From Bacteroidota bacterium (lineage in GTDB: Bacteria > Bacteroidota > Bacteroidia > Bacteroidales > WCHB1-69): a DNA stretch of 64,000 nucleotides. The notes under the pieces are model-generated. The model worked only from the letters and a program-made list of their open reading frames with translations. It was not told the DNA's origin and did not search any database. Positions within the stretch are counted from its first letter, which is position 1, and each line of letters begins with the position of its first letter. Position numbers and translations under genes: made by a program. This document shows, one piece after another, positions 1 to 9,402 of this stretch. The stretch covers positions 6,029-70,028 of the forward strand of contig JBAXTE010000016.1 in the NCBI GenBank assembly GCA_037130365.1. The letters are read 5' to 3'.

Positions 1-617
1 TTATACTCCGATTTTTTGATGCCATTATCGTAAAATACAACAAAATGTCCATGTTTTATTTCTGGGGACAACGAAGAATATTCTCCTTGATCTACAATAC
101 CTCCACTTTTGAAATAATAATTGATGTTGTAAATTGTTCCATTTTTTTTCCTAATTCGATAGTAATCTGCATTTTCTGAGCTCGTTTTCTTCCAATCTTT
201 GTTAAAGTAAGTTGTATCTATAACAGTTTCAACGATGATGTTTTTTAATTTTATCGGCATAATGACTTGTGATCTCACAATTACATTAATATGTTGAGAT
301 GGTGTCCATTTAGGCATGATTTTAACCATTCTCAACACTTCGTCATCAGTTTGTTTATTTATGCTTTTTAATATAACAGCATTGCTAATTTCTCCCGATT
401 TTTCAACTACAAATTGTACGTATATTTGAGTTAAGTTGTTGTCAATATTCAATTTGTCGGTTATCAGATTTGTCTTGATAAATGCTATTCGAGCTGAATC
501 GCCACCAACGAAAGTTGCAGGAATATCAGGAGTGATGTAAATACTGTCTGTTTTGGTTTGAGCATTTGCAATACTTAAACAAATAAGGGCAAAGAGTAGT
601 AAGAAGTTTTTTTTCAT
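1..617 (-). CDS. Exported TonB C-terminal-domain protein followed by a MORN-variant-like region (partial, runs off window start)
   Basis: Not in ORF track. Hand translation from ATG at 617: MKKNFLLLFALICLSIANAQ (signal peptide), PATFVGG...YVQFVVEKSGEI...DEVLRMVKIMPKWTP (TonB_C pattern), then YFNKDWK...HGHFVVFYDNGIKKSEY; open to position 1. Confidence 0.75.
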   Translation of the reverse strand, partial: MKKNFLLLFALICLSIANAQTKTDSIYITPDIPATFVGGDSARIAFIKTNLITDKLNIDNNLTQIYVQFVVEKSGEISNAVILKSINKQTDDEVLRMVKIMPKWTPSQHINVIVRSQVIMPIKLKNIIVETVIDTTYFNKDWKKTSSENADYYRIRKKNGTIYNINYYFKSGGIVDQGEYSSLSPEIKHGHFVVFYDNGIKKSEY

Positions 618-643
618 GATAGTGATTTTTTAATACGTTGAAC

Positions 644-1477
644 CTAATTTTTTGGATTTTTATCTTTATAAAAATTTTCCCACGCTTTTTTAGGAAGAAT
701 CACCAGATTTTCTGTTTCAAAATCAAAAATAGATACATATTTTTTGCTGATAACATAATGTTGTTTCCATTCAACAAATTCTTTGTACAGTAAAAAAGTA
801 CAAATATCAGTTGAACTAATACAATCGGAAAGCACATGAGAATGTACGGTTAATTTTAATTGATTCGTAGTATCCTCTGATTTATATGGTAATTTAAGCA
901 TAGTTTGATGAATCTTAATCCTTTTTTTGAATTTGTTTTTCTTGTTGTAGGTTAATAAATAGTCGTTGCCAATTATTACAATACCCGAATTTGAAGGTCC
1001 AGTTATGATAAAAACTCTCTTTTTGCCATTTTTTATCAATGGAATCAAGTTAAAAGATGTTTTTTTGTAAAAGGTGAAAAAATCATCTTTATTCTCTTTA
1101 ATTTGGTTTAAAGCTTCTTGTCGTATGGTAATTAAATCATACTCATATTGTGATGCTATATGATTTGTTGTGTCTATTTGATAAGGTTTTACTTGTGGTA
1201 AACTATCAAAATAATACCTAAAAAGAATTTCGTACGGATTTGTTTTACTAAAAAAGATATTTACTACCTTGTGATTTTCTGATTCGTATGAGAGATATCC
1301 TCCAATATTTTCACGTAAGTCGGTAAATCTTACCAACATATCATCGGTGCCATACCATGAGGCTTTTTCGAGACGATAGAGAAGCTTTCCCTCTTCTAAT
1401 ATCTTTTGGGTCTCTTGGCTATAAGAGATCAACGTTAAGTTGAGTAATAGAAAAAGAAAAATTACAATTTTTTTCAT
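644..1477 (-). CDS. Hypothetical exported protein
   Basis: 277-aa ORF with an N-terminal signal peptide; no motif recognised. Confidence 0.7.
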   Translation of the reverse strand: MKKIVIFLFLLLNLTLISYSQETQKILEEGKLLYRLEKASWYGTDDMLVRFTDLRENIGGYLSYESENHKVVNIFFSKTNPYEILFRYYFDSLPQVKPYQIDTTNHIASQYEYDLITIRQEALNQIKENKDDFFTFYKKTSFNLIPLIKNGKKRVFIITGPSNSGIVIIGNDYLLTYNKKNKFKKRIKIHQTMLKLPYKSEDTTNQLKLTVHSHVLSDCISSTDICTFLLYKEFVEWKQHYVISKKYVSIFDFETENLVILPKKAWENFYKDKNPKN

Positions 1478-1550
1478 AGCTAATATTTTTATGGGTAAAA
1501 ATTACTAAAACTTGTATTTCAATAAGTCATATTTTAATTGCAAAGAATTT

Positions 1551-1820
1551 CTCACTCCTTGACAAAAATCATAATCACTTATTAATCTGCGATATGTGTA
1601 AATAATATGGCGAGAACTTTTCATTTAAAATTAATATAAAAAACTGATATTAAGAATCTTAGATAAAATACTACGATATCTAACACTAAGACACATAAAT
1701 ACTAGTATTGATTACAAAAATAGCAATTTAATTGACAATTTAACCTCTTTCTTTGGAGAAGAGATGAATTTTGCCAGAATTAAGTTTCTAAGCTTATTAA
1801 TTATTGCACTTTACTACTGA
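1551..1820 (+). mobile_element. Truncated IS4-family-like element: degenerate left end plus transposase N-terminal fragment
   Basis: 1686-1820 translates to LRHINTSIDYKNSNLIDNLTSFFGEEMNFARIKFLSLLIIALYY*, resembling the MNLARIKF..L.I.AL N-terminus of Bacteroidota DDE transposases (from memory). CTCACTCCTTGACAAAAA at 1551 resembles their terminal repeat. Confidence 0.55.
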
Positions 1821-1989
1821 TGCGTTAATTTTTGGTGATTATTTGTAATGAACTATAATACTCCCTATAATTAGGATTTTAATTGCTATTTTGTTCAAAT
1901 TTAACTTACAAAATATCGTTTCATGATATTTCTATTCAATTACAATATTACGAAAAAACAAAGAATTAAAAAATTACTTCATTAAAAAC

Positions 1990-2514
1990 TATTGTTGAAG
2001 CCACTAAAGAAGCACAAAGCTTGTTCCAAGTCTATTGGTAAATTACGCCTCGCTGATAAAGATAATTTTTGAATTGAAAAAAGCGACAACATAGCGAACG
2101 AACTCAAAAATCAACTTAAATATGTTACTGGTGCACTACATTAATCGGTTTAATCACATTGCTAGGTTCAGCAATTGGACTAATGAATATCGAGTTGTTA
2201 ATCCGCAAAAGAACCTAAATTCGAAATCGGCACCCGAAAAGCTACTGGAGCATAAAAATAGACTAAAAAATTTCACTTTTTAACCGAATCCATAGTAATA
2301 TGACCAAATTGAAGAAATGATGGGTATCGTTCTCGAAATTGCTATCAGAGCCGATTTTTCTATGATTATTGGCTCAGTTTTTGTGGGATACATGGGCTTG
2401 CTTTGCATTGTCCTGGGTGTGATTCATTGTTTTGGCGATGGCGTTTTAACTGCTTGTATTCCTGCCAAAAAAGTTGCAAACCTTGATACAATAGAAGCAT
2501 TGAGATACGATTAA
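1990..2514 (+). pseudogene. Decayed MacB/FtsX-type ABC transporter permease (C-terminal part)
   Basis: Fragments in shifting frames with stops: KLRLADKDNF*IEKSD, LIGLITLLGSAIGLMNI, FEIGTRKATGA*, FLTESIVI*, PAKKVANLDTIEALRYD, all FtsX-domain hallmarks. Confidence 0.85.
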
Positions 2515-2541
2515 TAATTTGATTTTTTGAACTTTAAGAAG

Positions 2542-2913
2542 ATGATTGAATTCAAAAAGAAGTACTTAGAATGGCAAATTCGTTTCCTAAAAAAAATATT
2601 AGGATCTATAAGTGTTATAGCCATAGTTAGTTCTTGTAACTATACTGAAAAACATTTAAAACAAGAAAACGATTCACTTAAAAATATCTTACAAAAGAAA
2701 GAACAGCAGGATTCTATTGAGCTATTAACTCTAAAAAAGGATAGTTTAGAAAAAGTCAAAAGTGATTCTATAGAAAAAAATAAAGTCACTAAAAAAACAA
2801 AACAAAAAACAAAAGTAATTCCAGTACAACCTCCTACATATGACCCAGGTACACCAGTTTTAGATTATGGTGTCTATCCAATTCAAAAAGTAGAACCCAC
2901 ACTTAAGAATTAA
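2542..2913 (+). CDS. Radical SAM-associated small lipoprotein (TIGR04134-like), candidate substrate
   Basis: Lipobox IVSSC after a basic/hydrophobic leader; C-terminal Pro-rich tail with DYGVYP; 5 nt upstream of the rSAM gene. ATG 2542 preferred over TTG 2527. Confidence 0.7.
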   Translation: MIEFKKKYLEWQIRFLKKILGSISVIAIVSSCNYTEKHLKQENDSLKNILQKKEQQDSIELLTLKKDSLEKVKSDSIEKNKVTKKTKQKTKVIPVQPPTYDPGTPVLDYGVYPIQKVEPTLKN

Positions 2914-2918
2914 CGTTT

Positions 2919-4007
2919 ATGAAACAATCTGATTTCACTTGGCGACAACGTTTAGTTTTTTCGCTTCATGCTCGTTATGTTCGAAAAGAATCAGAATTAC
3001 ATAAATTAAGCTATCTTTTTTGGGAATGTACCTCACGTTGCAATATTGCCTGTAAGCATTGTGGGAGCGATTGTAAAATGTTTTCCGATTCACCTGATAT
3101 GCTTGGAAATGACTTTCTCGATGTGCTTAAAAATATAGCAATTCACAATAATCCTGCTAAAGTAATGGTGGTAGTTTCTGGTGGTGAACCTTTGGTAAGA
3201 ACCGATTTGGAGGATGTTGGAATTGAAATAACTAAACTTGGTTTTCCTTGGGGAATGGTTAGCAATGGTTATGCGCTTAATCAAGAACGTTTACATAAGT
3301 TACTTGATGCTGGATTGTGCTCAGTAACCATTAGTCTAGACGGGTTGCAGGAAAGTCATGACTGGTTACGTGGCAAAAATGGTTCATTTGAAAAAGCAGT
3401 AAATGCAATTCAAATGCTTTCCGAAATTCCGAATTTTTTGTTTGATGTGGTCACTTGTGTCAACACTAGAAACTTTAATGAACTTGAAGATATAAAATCG
3501 ATGCTTATTGATTTGAACGTTTCAAAATGGCGACTATTTATCGTTGATCCAATTGGAAGAGCAAAAGATAATCCTGAGCTTTTTATTACAGATCATCAAT
3601 TTAGTCAGTTAATGGATTTTATTGCCAATAATAGGCAATATGGAGAAATAATGACTGCTTTTGGGTGCGATGGATTTTTGGGGAAATATGAAGCCAATGT
3701 TCGGCAAGGAATTTTTTTCTGTAGAGCTGGAATAAATGCAGGTTCTGTGCTTGCAAATGGCGATATCAGTGCCTGTCCAAATATTAACCGAGGGTTTGTT
3801 CAAGGCAATATTTACAAAGATGATTTTATGGATATTTGGAATTCTAAGTTTCAACAATTTAGAAATCGAGAAGGTTTTAAAACAGGAAAATGTGAAGAAT
3901 GTGAAGTCTGGAAGTGGTGCAGAAGCGATGGAATGCATTTACATGAACCTAATAATCCGAATCCAATAGTTTGCCATTATCAAAAATTATCTTACAAAAA
4001 ATTATAA
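2919..4007 (+). CDS. Radical SAM/SPASM maturase (TIGR04133-like rSAM/lipoprotein system)
   Basis: LFWECTSRCNIACKHCGSDC (CxxxCxxC), SGGEP, SPASM C..GDISACP..CEECEVWKWC..GMH. Confidence 0.9.
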   Translation: MKQSDFTWRQRLVFSLHARYVRKESELHKLSYLFWECTSRCNIACKHCGSDCKMFSDSPDMLGNDFLDVLKNIAIHNNPAKVMVVVSGGEPLVRTDLEDVGIEITKLGFPWGMVSNGYALNQERLHKLLDAGLCSVTISLDGLQESHDWLRGKNGSFEKAVNAIQMLSEIPNFLFDVVTCVNTRNFNELEDIKSMLIDLNVSKWRLFIVDPIGRAKDNPELFITDHQFSQLMDFIANNRQYGEIMTAFGCDGFLGKYEANVRQGIFFCRAGINAGSVLANGDISACPNINRGFVQGNIYKDDFMDIWNSKFQQFRNREGFKTGKCEECEVWKWCRSDGMHLHEPNNPNPIVCHYQKLSYKKL

Positions 4008-4164
4008 ATAGATGATAAATATGCAAATAGGTTTATGTTATTAGTGAATTGCAATCAACAAGGTGTTAAATATATTTTAAATGCTTACTCTCTACATTAC
4101 CAAAAAGCGATTTAATTGTATCTCAACTTAAAACAAAAACATCACATAATTCCTGATAGATCCT

Positions 4165-5070
4165 TTAATTGCAATACTTTTTTAATGAATCATTGGCATT
4201 CCTAAATCCAAGTTCAAGTGCTTTTTTCCAATCGAGACATGCATCTTTTTTATTTAATTGATGCTTTACATTTGCTCTGAAATAGTATAGCTCAGCATTC
4301 TCAGGAGATAATTCAATAGCATTATTAAAATCATCCAATGCACCTTTATAATCGAGCAACTCCGCCTTAACAATACCTCTGTTGCCATAAGCATTTGCAT
4401 ACTTTGGATTGTACAATATGGCTTTGCTGTAATCGGATATTGCACCTTTTAAATCTTTAATTTTTTGTTTTGCAATACCTCTATTACCATACGCTAATGG
4501 ATTGTCTTGATACAGATTAATTGCTTTGGTAAAGTCAGCAATTGCTTTATTGTAATCCTTAATATCTAATTGAATAAGTCCTCTGTTATAAAAAATAAAA
4601 TCTTTATTAGAATCAAGTTCTATTGCTTTAGTAAAATCACATAAGGCTCCAACGTAGTTTTTTAGCCTTCTTTTTTCAATTGCAATATAGAAATAAGTGT
4701 AAGCACTATTTTCATCTAATTCAAAAAGTTTGTTTAAGTCTGCCATTGCACCAGCAGAATCTTGACAGTCAACTTTAAGTACACCCCGACAGTAATATGC
4801 ACTATAAAATATCGGATTAACCTCTAAGGCTTTATTGTAATCATTTAGTGCTCCGATGGTATCTTTTAGACGAAATTTCATAATTCCCCTAGCAACATAG
4901 GCTTCACAATAGTTCGGATTAAGTTCAATGGCCTTATCAAATTTAGCTTTTGCACCAATATTATCTTGAGCTCGCCCTTTAAATACACCACTCTGATAAT
5001 AGTAACTTGCTCTTTGACAACCGGATAAGATTAAATAAGTTACAATTGAAATAAAAATTAGCTTTTTCAT
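4165..5070 (-). CDS. Tetratricopeptide-repeat lipoprotein
   Basis: Repeated AYxNRG..GA..DF.KAIEL TPR units. ATG 5070 gives signal MKKLIFISIVTYLILSGC (ORF track starts at 5157). Confidence 0.85.
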   Translation of the reverse strand: MKKLIFISIVTYLILSGCQRASYYYQSGVFKGRAQDNIGAKAKFDKAIELNPNYCEAYVARGIMKFRLKDTIGALNDYNKALEVNPIFYSAYYCRGVLKVDCQDSAGAMADLNKLFELDENSAYTYFYIAIEKRRLKNYVGALCDFTKAIELDSNKDFIFYNRGLIQLDIKDYNKAIADFTKAINLYQDNPLAYGNRGIAKQKIKDLKGAISDYSKAILYNPKYANAYGNRGIVKAELLDYKGALDDFNNAIELSPENAELYYFRANVKHQLNKKDACLDWKKALELGFRNANDSLKKYCN

Positions 5071-5258
5071 TCGGGATACATTCAATATTTTGTGCAAAAT
5101 AAAGAAAAAATTCTTTGTCATAGCTTGAATATTTGAACAAACCTCTTTTTTATTCAAAGATATTTTTACTCAGAAAGGGCATTATTTGTATTATCAATTC
5201 ATATTTTTTTTAATTTCGTTGCCTTGACGTAAAATTTAAACTAAAATTCTAAATAACT

Positions 5259-6920
5259 ATGAACAAAAATGTATCCTTTATGGCAATTATTGCATTGGTG
5301 ATTACCATATCCGTTTCGAGCTGTGGCAACAAAAAAGGAGCCCAAAAAGAATCTGCATCCGATTCGATAATGAAACAAAAAGTGGATGAATATGCTTCGG
5401 TTAAACTTACTGCCGACCTAAGTCGCTTGACCGAAAAAGAGAAAGAAATGCTCCCCTTCTTATTTGAAGCTGCAGAAATAATGAACGATCTTTATTGGCT
5501 TCAAACTTACGGAGATAACAAGAAAATCCTCGATTCAATTAAAGATGAGAACGTTAAGAAATTCTTTATGATTAATTATGGTCCTTGGGATAGATTAAAG
5601 GATAACAAGTCGTTTATTGCTGGTATTGGCGAAAAACCTGCTGGCGCAAACTTCTATCCTGCTGATATGACTAAAGAAGAGTTTGAGAAACTTCAGGATC
5701 CAAACAAAAAAAGTCAATATACCGTGATTCGTCGCAATGCTGATAAATCGTTAAAAGTAGTTTGGTATCACGAAGAATACAAAGAGCAACTTCAAAAAGC
5801 AGCTGATTTAATCACGAAAGCATCTGCATTTGCTGAAAATAAAGATTTTAAAAACTACTTGGAACTCACTGCAAAAGCAATCATGACTAGTGATTATTAT
5901 GCAAGAGATATGGCTTGGATGGATATGCGTGGCTCTAACGTAGATTTCGTTTTTGGACCAACAGAAAATTATGAAGATGCATTATTTGGAACCAAAACAG
6001 CTTTTGAGGCATTTGTTTTAATCAAAGATATGGATTGGAGTGCCAAATTGGATAAATTTGCAAAACTTCTTCCTACCCTTCAAAAATCGCTTCCTTGCGA
6101 TGCAAAATACAAAAAAGAAGTTCCTGCTGCTGGTTCAGATATGGGCGTTTACGAAGCAATTTTCTACCGTGGAGATTGTAATGCTGGAAGCAAAACTATT
6201 GCAATCAATCTTCCTAACGACGAACGTGTTCAATTAAAAAAAGGTTCACGAAAATTACAACTTAAGAACTCCATGAAAGCAAAATTTGACAATATGGTAA
6301 TTCCTATTGGCAATTTATTAATAACTGAAAGTCAACGAAAAAACATCAAATTTGAAGCATTTTTCCAAAACACAATGTTTCACGAAGTTGCTCATGGAAT
6401 AGGAATTAAAAATACATTAAACAAAAAAGGTTCTGTAAGAGAAGCATTAGGCGAAGAATATTCGGGATTAGAAGAAGACAAAGCAGATATCACTGGGTTA
6501 TTCTTAGCTAAAAAACTTCACGAAATGGGCGAACTTTCCGAAGGTGAAGTGATGGATAACTATGTGACATTTGTTGCAGGTATTTTCCGCTCAATTCGCT
6601 TTGGAACTGCTAGCGCTCATGGTAAAGCGAATTTAGCTCGATATAACTTTTTAATGGGAAAAGGAGCAATTACTCGCGATTCTAAAGGATTTTACACCGT
6701 TAATTTTGATAAGATGACTGCTGCAATGGAAGAATTAATTGGGATGATTATGAAAATCCAAGGTGAAGGAGATAAAGCTGGTGCTAACAAATACATCACC
6801 GAAAATGGAGTAAAAACAAAAGACCTAACCAACGACTTAGACAAGATTAAAAATGCAAACATCCCTCGAGATATCGTTTTTGAACAAGGAATGGATGTAG
6901 CTGGAATCAAAAAGAAATAA
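5259..6920 (+). CDS. Peptidase M49 / dipeptidyl-peptidase III-like Zn hydrolase, lipoprotein
   Basis: FHEVAHG and LEEDKAD Zn-ligand motifs, YGPWDRL, KTIAINLPND; lipobox VSSC. Confidence 0.85.
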   Translation: MNKNVSFMAIIALVITISVSSCGNKKGAQKESASDSIMKQKVDEYASVKLTADLSRLTEKEKEMLPFLFEAAEIMNDLYWLQTYGDNKKILDSIKDENVKKFFMINYGPWDRLKDNKSFIAGIGEKPAGANFYPADMTKEEFEKLQDPNKKSQYTVIRRNADKSLKVVWYHEEYKEQLQKAADLITKASAFAENKDFKNYLELTAKAIMTSDYYARDMAWMDMRGSNVDFVFGPTENYEDALFGTKTAFEAFVLIKDMDWSAKLDKFAKLLPTLQKSLPCDAKYKKEVPAAGSDMGVYEAIFYRGDCNAGSKTIAINLPNDERVQLKKGSRKLQLKNSMKAKFDNMVIPIGNLLITESQRKNIKFEAFFQNTMFHEVAHGIGIKNTLNKKGSVREALGEEYSGLEEDKADITGLFLAKKLHEMGELSEGEVMDNYVTFVAGIFRSIRFGTASAHGKANLARYNFLMGKGAITRDSKGFYTVNFDKMTAAMEELIGMIMKIQGEGDKAGANKYITENGVKTKDLTNDLDKIKNANIPRDIVFEQGMDVAGIKKK

Positions 6921-6935
6921 CCAATCATAATCATA

Positions 6936-6970
6936 CAAAAAAGGCGAAGCTGATAGCTTCGCCTTTTTTG
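6936..6970. terminator. Bidirectional intrinsic terminator
   Basis: Perfect palindrome CAAAAAAGGCGAAGCT-GAT-AGCTTCGCCTTTTTTG between convergent genes. Confidence 0.9.
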
Positions 6971-7118
6971 TTATACCAAATCTTAATATAAAATAGCTCA
7001 AAGATATTTTATATGCTAGATTGGCTTGTCCAGCTTTAGCGGGATCTAATGCCGCTCGTAGATATAAATAGTTCATTTAAAGTTTGAAAAATGGTCTATA
7101 TTATATCTAGAAGCAGTA

Positions 7119-9335
7119 TTACTTTTTAATCGCAGCCGTAGTATCTACTTTCGGCAACTCCACCTTTTCAGTTTTTTTCACAACGTATTTATCTATAGGA
7201 GTATGAATCCAACCATTTTTAGAAGCCACATACATCAGCAGAATAAATGCAACAAGCAAAACCAATATTACAGGTATAAACGGGAATTTCTTTTTAGCAT
7301 ACGGATCTCTTAGAATTCGAACTGAATTTTTTGGAAGCTCGGCCAAATCGGTAAGTGTTTTTCCAAAAACAATATTGATTAATGCTTTTGCATTCACGGC
7401 CCATCCATTAGCATCAAGAATTGGGGCTAAATTTCTTTTACGCAATTTGAGATATGCCAACAACATCGAAGGTCCGGAAATTGCAAGCATAACTCCCACC
7501 ATAGCGATGGGCATTTGCCACCATTCCAGTTTTAAAAAACCAGTAAATATCGCCAGCAACATGGTCCCTATAGCCCCCAATGCAATCCCAATGGCGGCAA
7601 AAATCCCTGCAAATTTTGCAATATCAAAAGGCTCTTTAGGCTTTGCTTTTAGCGCATCTGGATTGACTGGATTATTATCCACATTCTTAGCGGATGATTC
7701 CGCAATTTCTTTATCTTTAGCAGAGGCGAATTTTTCTATTTGGTTGTTAATCATTTTACTCACCCGCTTGTAAGGCATCCAAAATGCTTGCTTGATACTC
7801 ACCGGATTGTCAATAATTTTCACAACGATGGCATCCCAATCATTGCCATGTACATCGTAAAAGACTCCATTTCTTCCGACGGTCAGATCATCCACATCTC
7901 CATTGGTAAGCGCTGCAACAATCGTCATTTTAGCATTCATCTTTTGAGAAACACAATCACAATAAAGCAAATAAATTCCACTCCGACCTGCAGATGCACT
8001 GTGTTTAGCTACATCATTAATCTTTACACAGAGCTTACAACTTCTGCGATCTATGTATAAAACCCCACACTGGAAAACGGCATTGCTTTTTAATGAATAA
8101 AAATCGTTGAAGGTGACAAAATTGGACACCAACGTATAAATGTCACGGTAATACCGAGCCAGTTTATCTACATCAGAAATGGCGTTTGCCTCCTCTTCTA
8201 GTTCCAGATCTTTGTCTATTAATTCCAAAAGATTCGCTTGATAATCGTCATCGACAAACTTCTTCATAAGGTCGTATCCCAATTCTTCAACTCTCGTGAT
8301 CGGTTTCTTAGCCTGCCATTCATTAAAGGCAAAAAATCTATCACAAATCAGTCGCCATTGCGGTTCATCGATGCGTGACACATCACCAAAAAGGGGCACT
8401 ACAATCTTCGTTCTGAAAGCTTCCATTTCTGAATTCCACGAAGGATTTATCTGATCCAGAATATTTAATTTCATCGATTCATCGACAAAGGAAAGCGGCA
8501 ATTCGGACAACTCTTCTTTACGAACCACTGAATTATTTAATACGATGGCTTCGTATTTAGCCGAAAACTGATTAAAGGAGTTCAACGAATTTTCGTCAAA
8601 TTTAGCCATATTGCATCGCAAAAAATAGTCGTTGATTTTTGCTTCCACTTTAGCAAAAAGCGCATACACTTCAACGGTTGATTCTCCTAAAAATTGAATA
8701 TTGGTATCATTTTGAGTTCCTTCTTCCACCCATGCAATATAATTTTTGCAATCATCAAAAAAATGATTCACAAGCTCAGTGTTAATACCGAGCAATCCAC
8801 AACGATCGATAACAGGCTCTGTAACGGAAATAATCTGCTCGACACAACTCCTCAGCGATTCATTCTGCGTTGAAATTGGGGAGATAACTCCATCCCCATT
8901 AAAAGGAGTATCTGCAAATATGGCAACAGTATCTGAAGTCTCATTAACAGTAAGGGAATCGCCATCAGGTCGACCAATATGGTTTAAGATCTGTTTGGCA
9001 GAATTCAAAACCCGTGCTCCGTTTTCGGTATCCGACTTAATCAAGGAAAGCGGAAATGCTGGCTTTGGATGAATGAGCTCATCGGGATCATTTATCAACT
9101 CTTCAACCCATTTGATAGCAGTCAAAACCTCATTTACCCGCAGCCTTTTATCCTGATCGACATCCATATATTCCAATGTCTTGGAGTCTATTTCCAGACC
9201 ATAAACAGGACAACTTAAAGCGGTCCATAGCTTTTGATCCAACTGATAAAGATTTACCAAATCAGCACCTGTTTCAATAGTCACTCGATCTATGCCCCCA
9301 ACACGAGCAAACTTCCATTTATGATTTTTTGCCAT
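7119..9335 (-). CDS. Uncharacterised membrane-anchored protein with EF-hand-like loop
   Basis: 738-aa ORF; DVDQDKRLRVNE fits the 12-residue EF-hand loop; three hydrophobic segments near the C-terminus. Confidence 0.8.
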   Translation of the reverse strand: MAKNHKWKFARVGGIDRVTIETGADLVNLYQLDQKLWTALSCPVYGLEIDSKTLEYMDVDQDKRLRVNEVLTAIKWVEELINDPDELIHPKPAFPLSLIKSDTENGARVLNSAKQILNHIGRPDGDSLTVNETSDTVAIFADTPFNGDGVISPISTQNESLRSCVEQIISVTEPVIDRCGLLGINTELVNHFFDDCKNYIAWVEEGTQNDTNIQFLGESTVEVYALFAKVEAKINDYFLRCNMAKFDENSLNSFNQFSAKYEAIVLNNSVVRKEELSELPLSFVDESMKLNILDQINPSWNSEMEAFRTKIVVPLFGDVSRIDEPQWRLICDRFFAFNEWQAKKPITRVEELGYDLMKKFVDDDYQANLLELIDKDLELEEEANAISDVDKLARYYRDIYTLVSNFVTFNDFYSLKSNAVFQCGVLYIDRRSCKLCVKINDVAKHSASAGRSGIYLLYCDCVSQKMNAKMTIVAALTNGDVDDLTVGRNGVFYDVHGNDWDAIVVKIIDNPVSIKQAFWMPYKRVSKMINNQIEKFASAKDKEIAESSAKNVDNNPVNPDALKAKPKEPFDIAKFAGIFAAIGIALGAIGTMLLAIFTGFLKLEWWQMPIAMVGVMLAISGPSMLLAYLKLRKRNLAPILDANGWAVNAKALINIVFGKTLTDLAELPKNSVRILRDPYAKKKFPFIPVILVLLVAFILLMYVASKNGWIHTPIDKYVVKKTEKVELPKVDTTAAIKK

Positions 9336-9349
9336 AGTCTAAATATTAA

Positions 9350-9383
9350 AAGAACCTTTTTGAAACAAATCAAAAAGGTTCTT
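9350..9383 (-). terminator. Hairpin/terminator after SPFH gene
   Basis: AAGAACCTTTTTGA-AACAAA-TCAAAAAGGTTCTT, 14-bp perfect stem. Confidence 0.7.
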
Positions 9384-9402
9384 GTTTGAAAAAACTAAAT
9401 AC

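Noticed and set aside
2317-2514. 65-aa ORF as an independent gene
   Set aside because: It is the last open fragment of the ABC permease pseudogene
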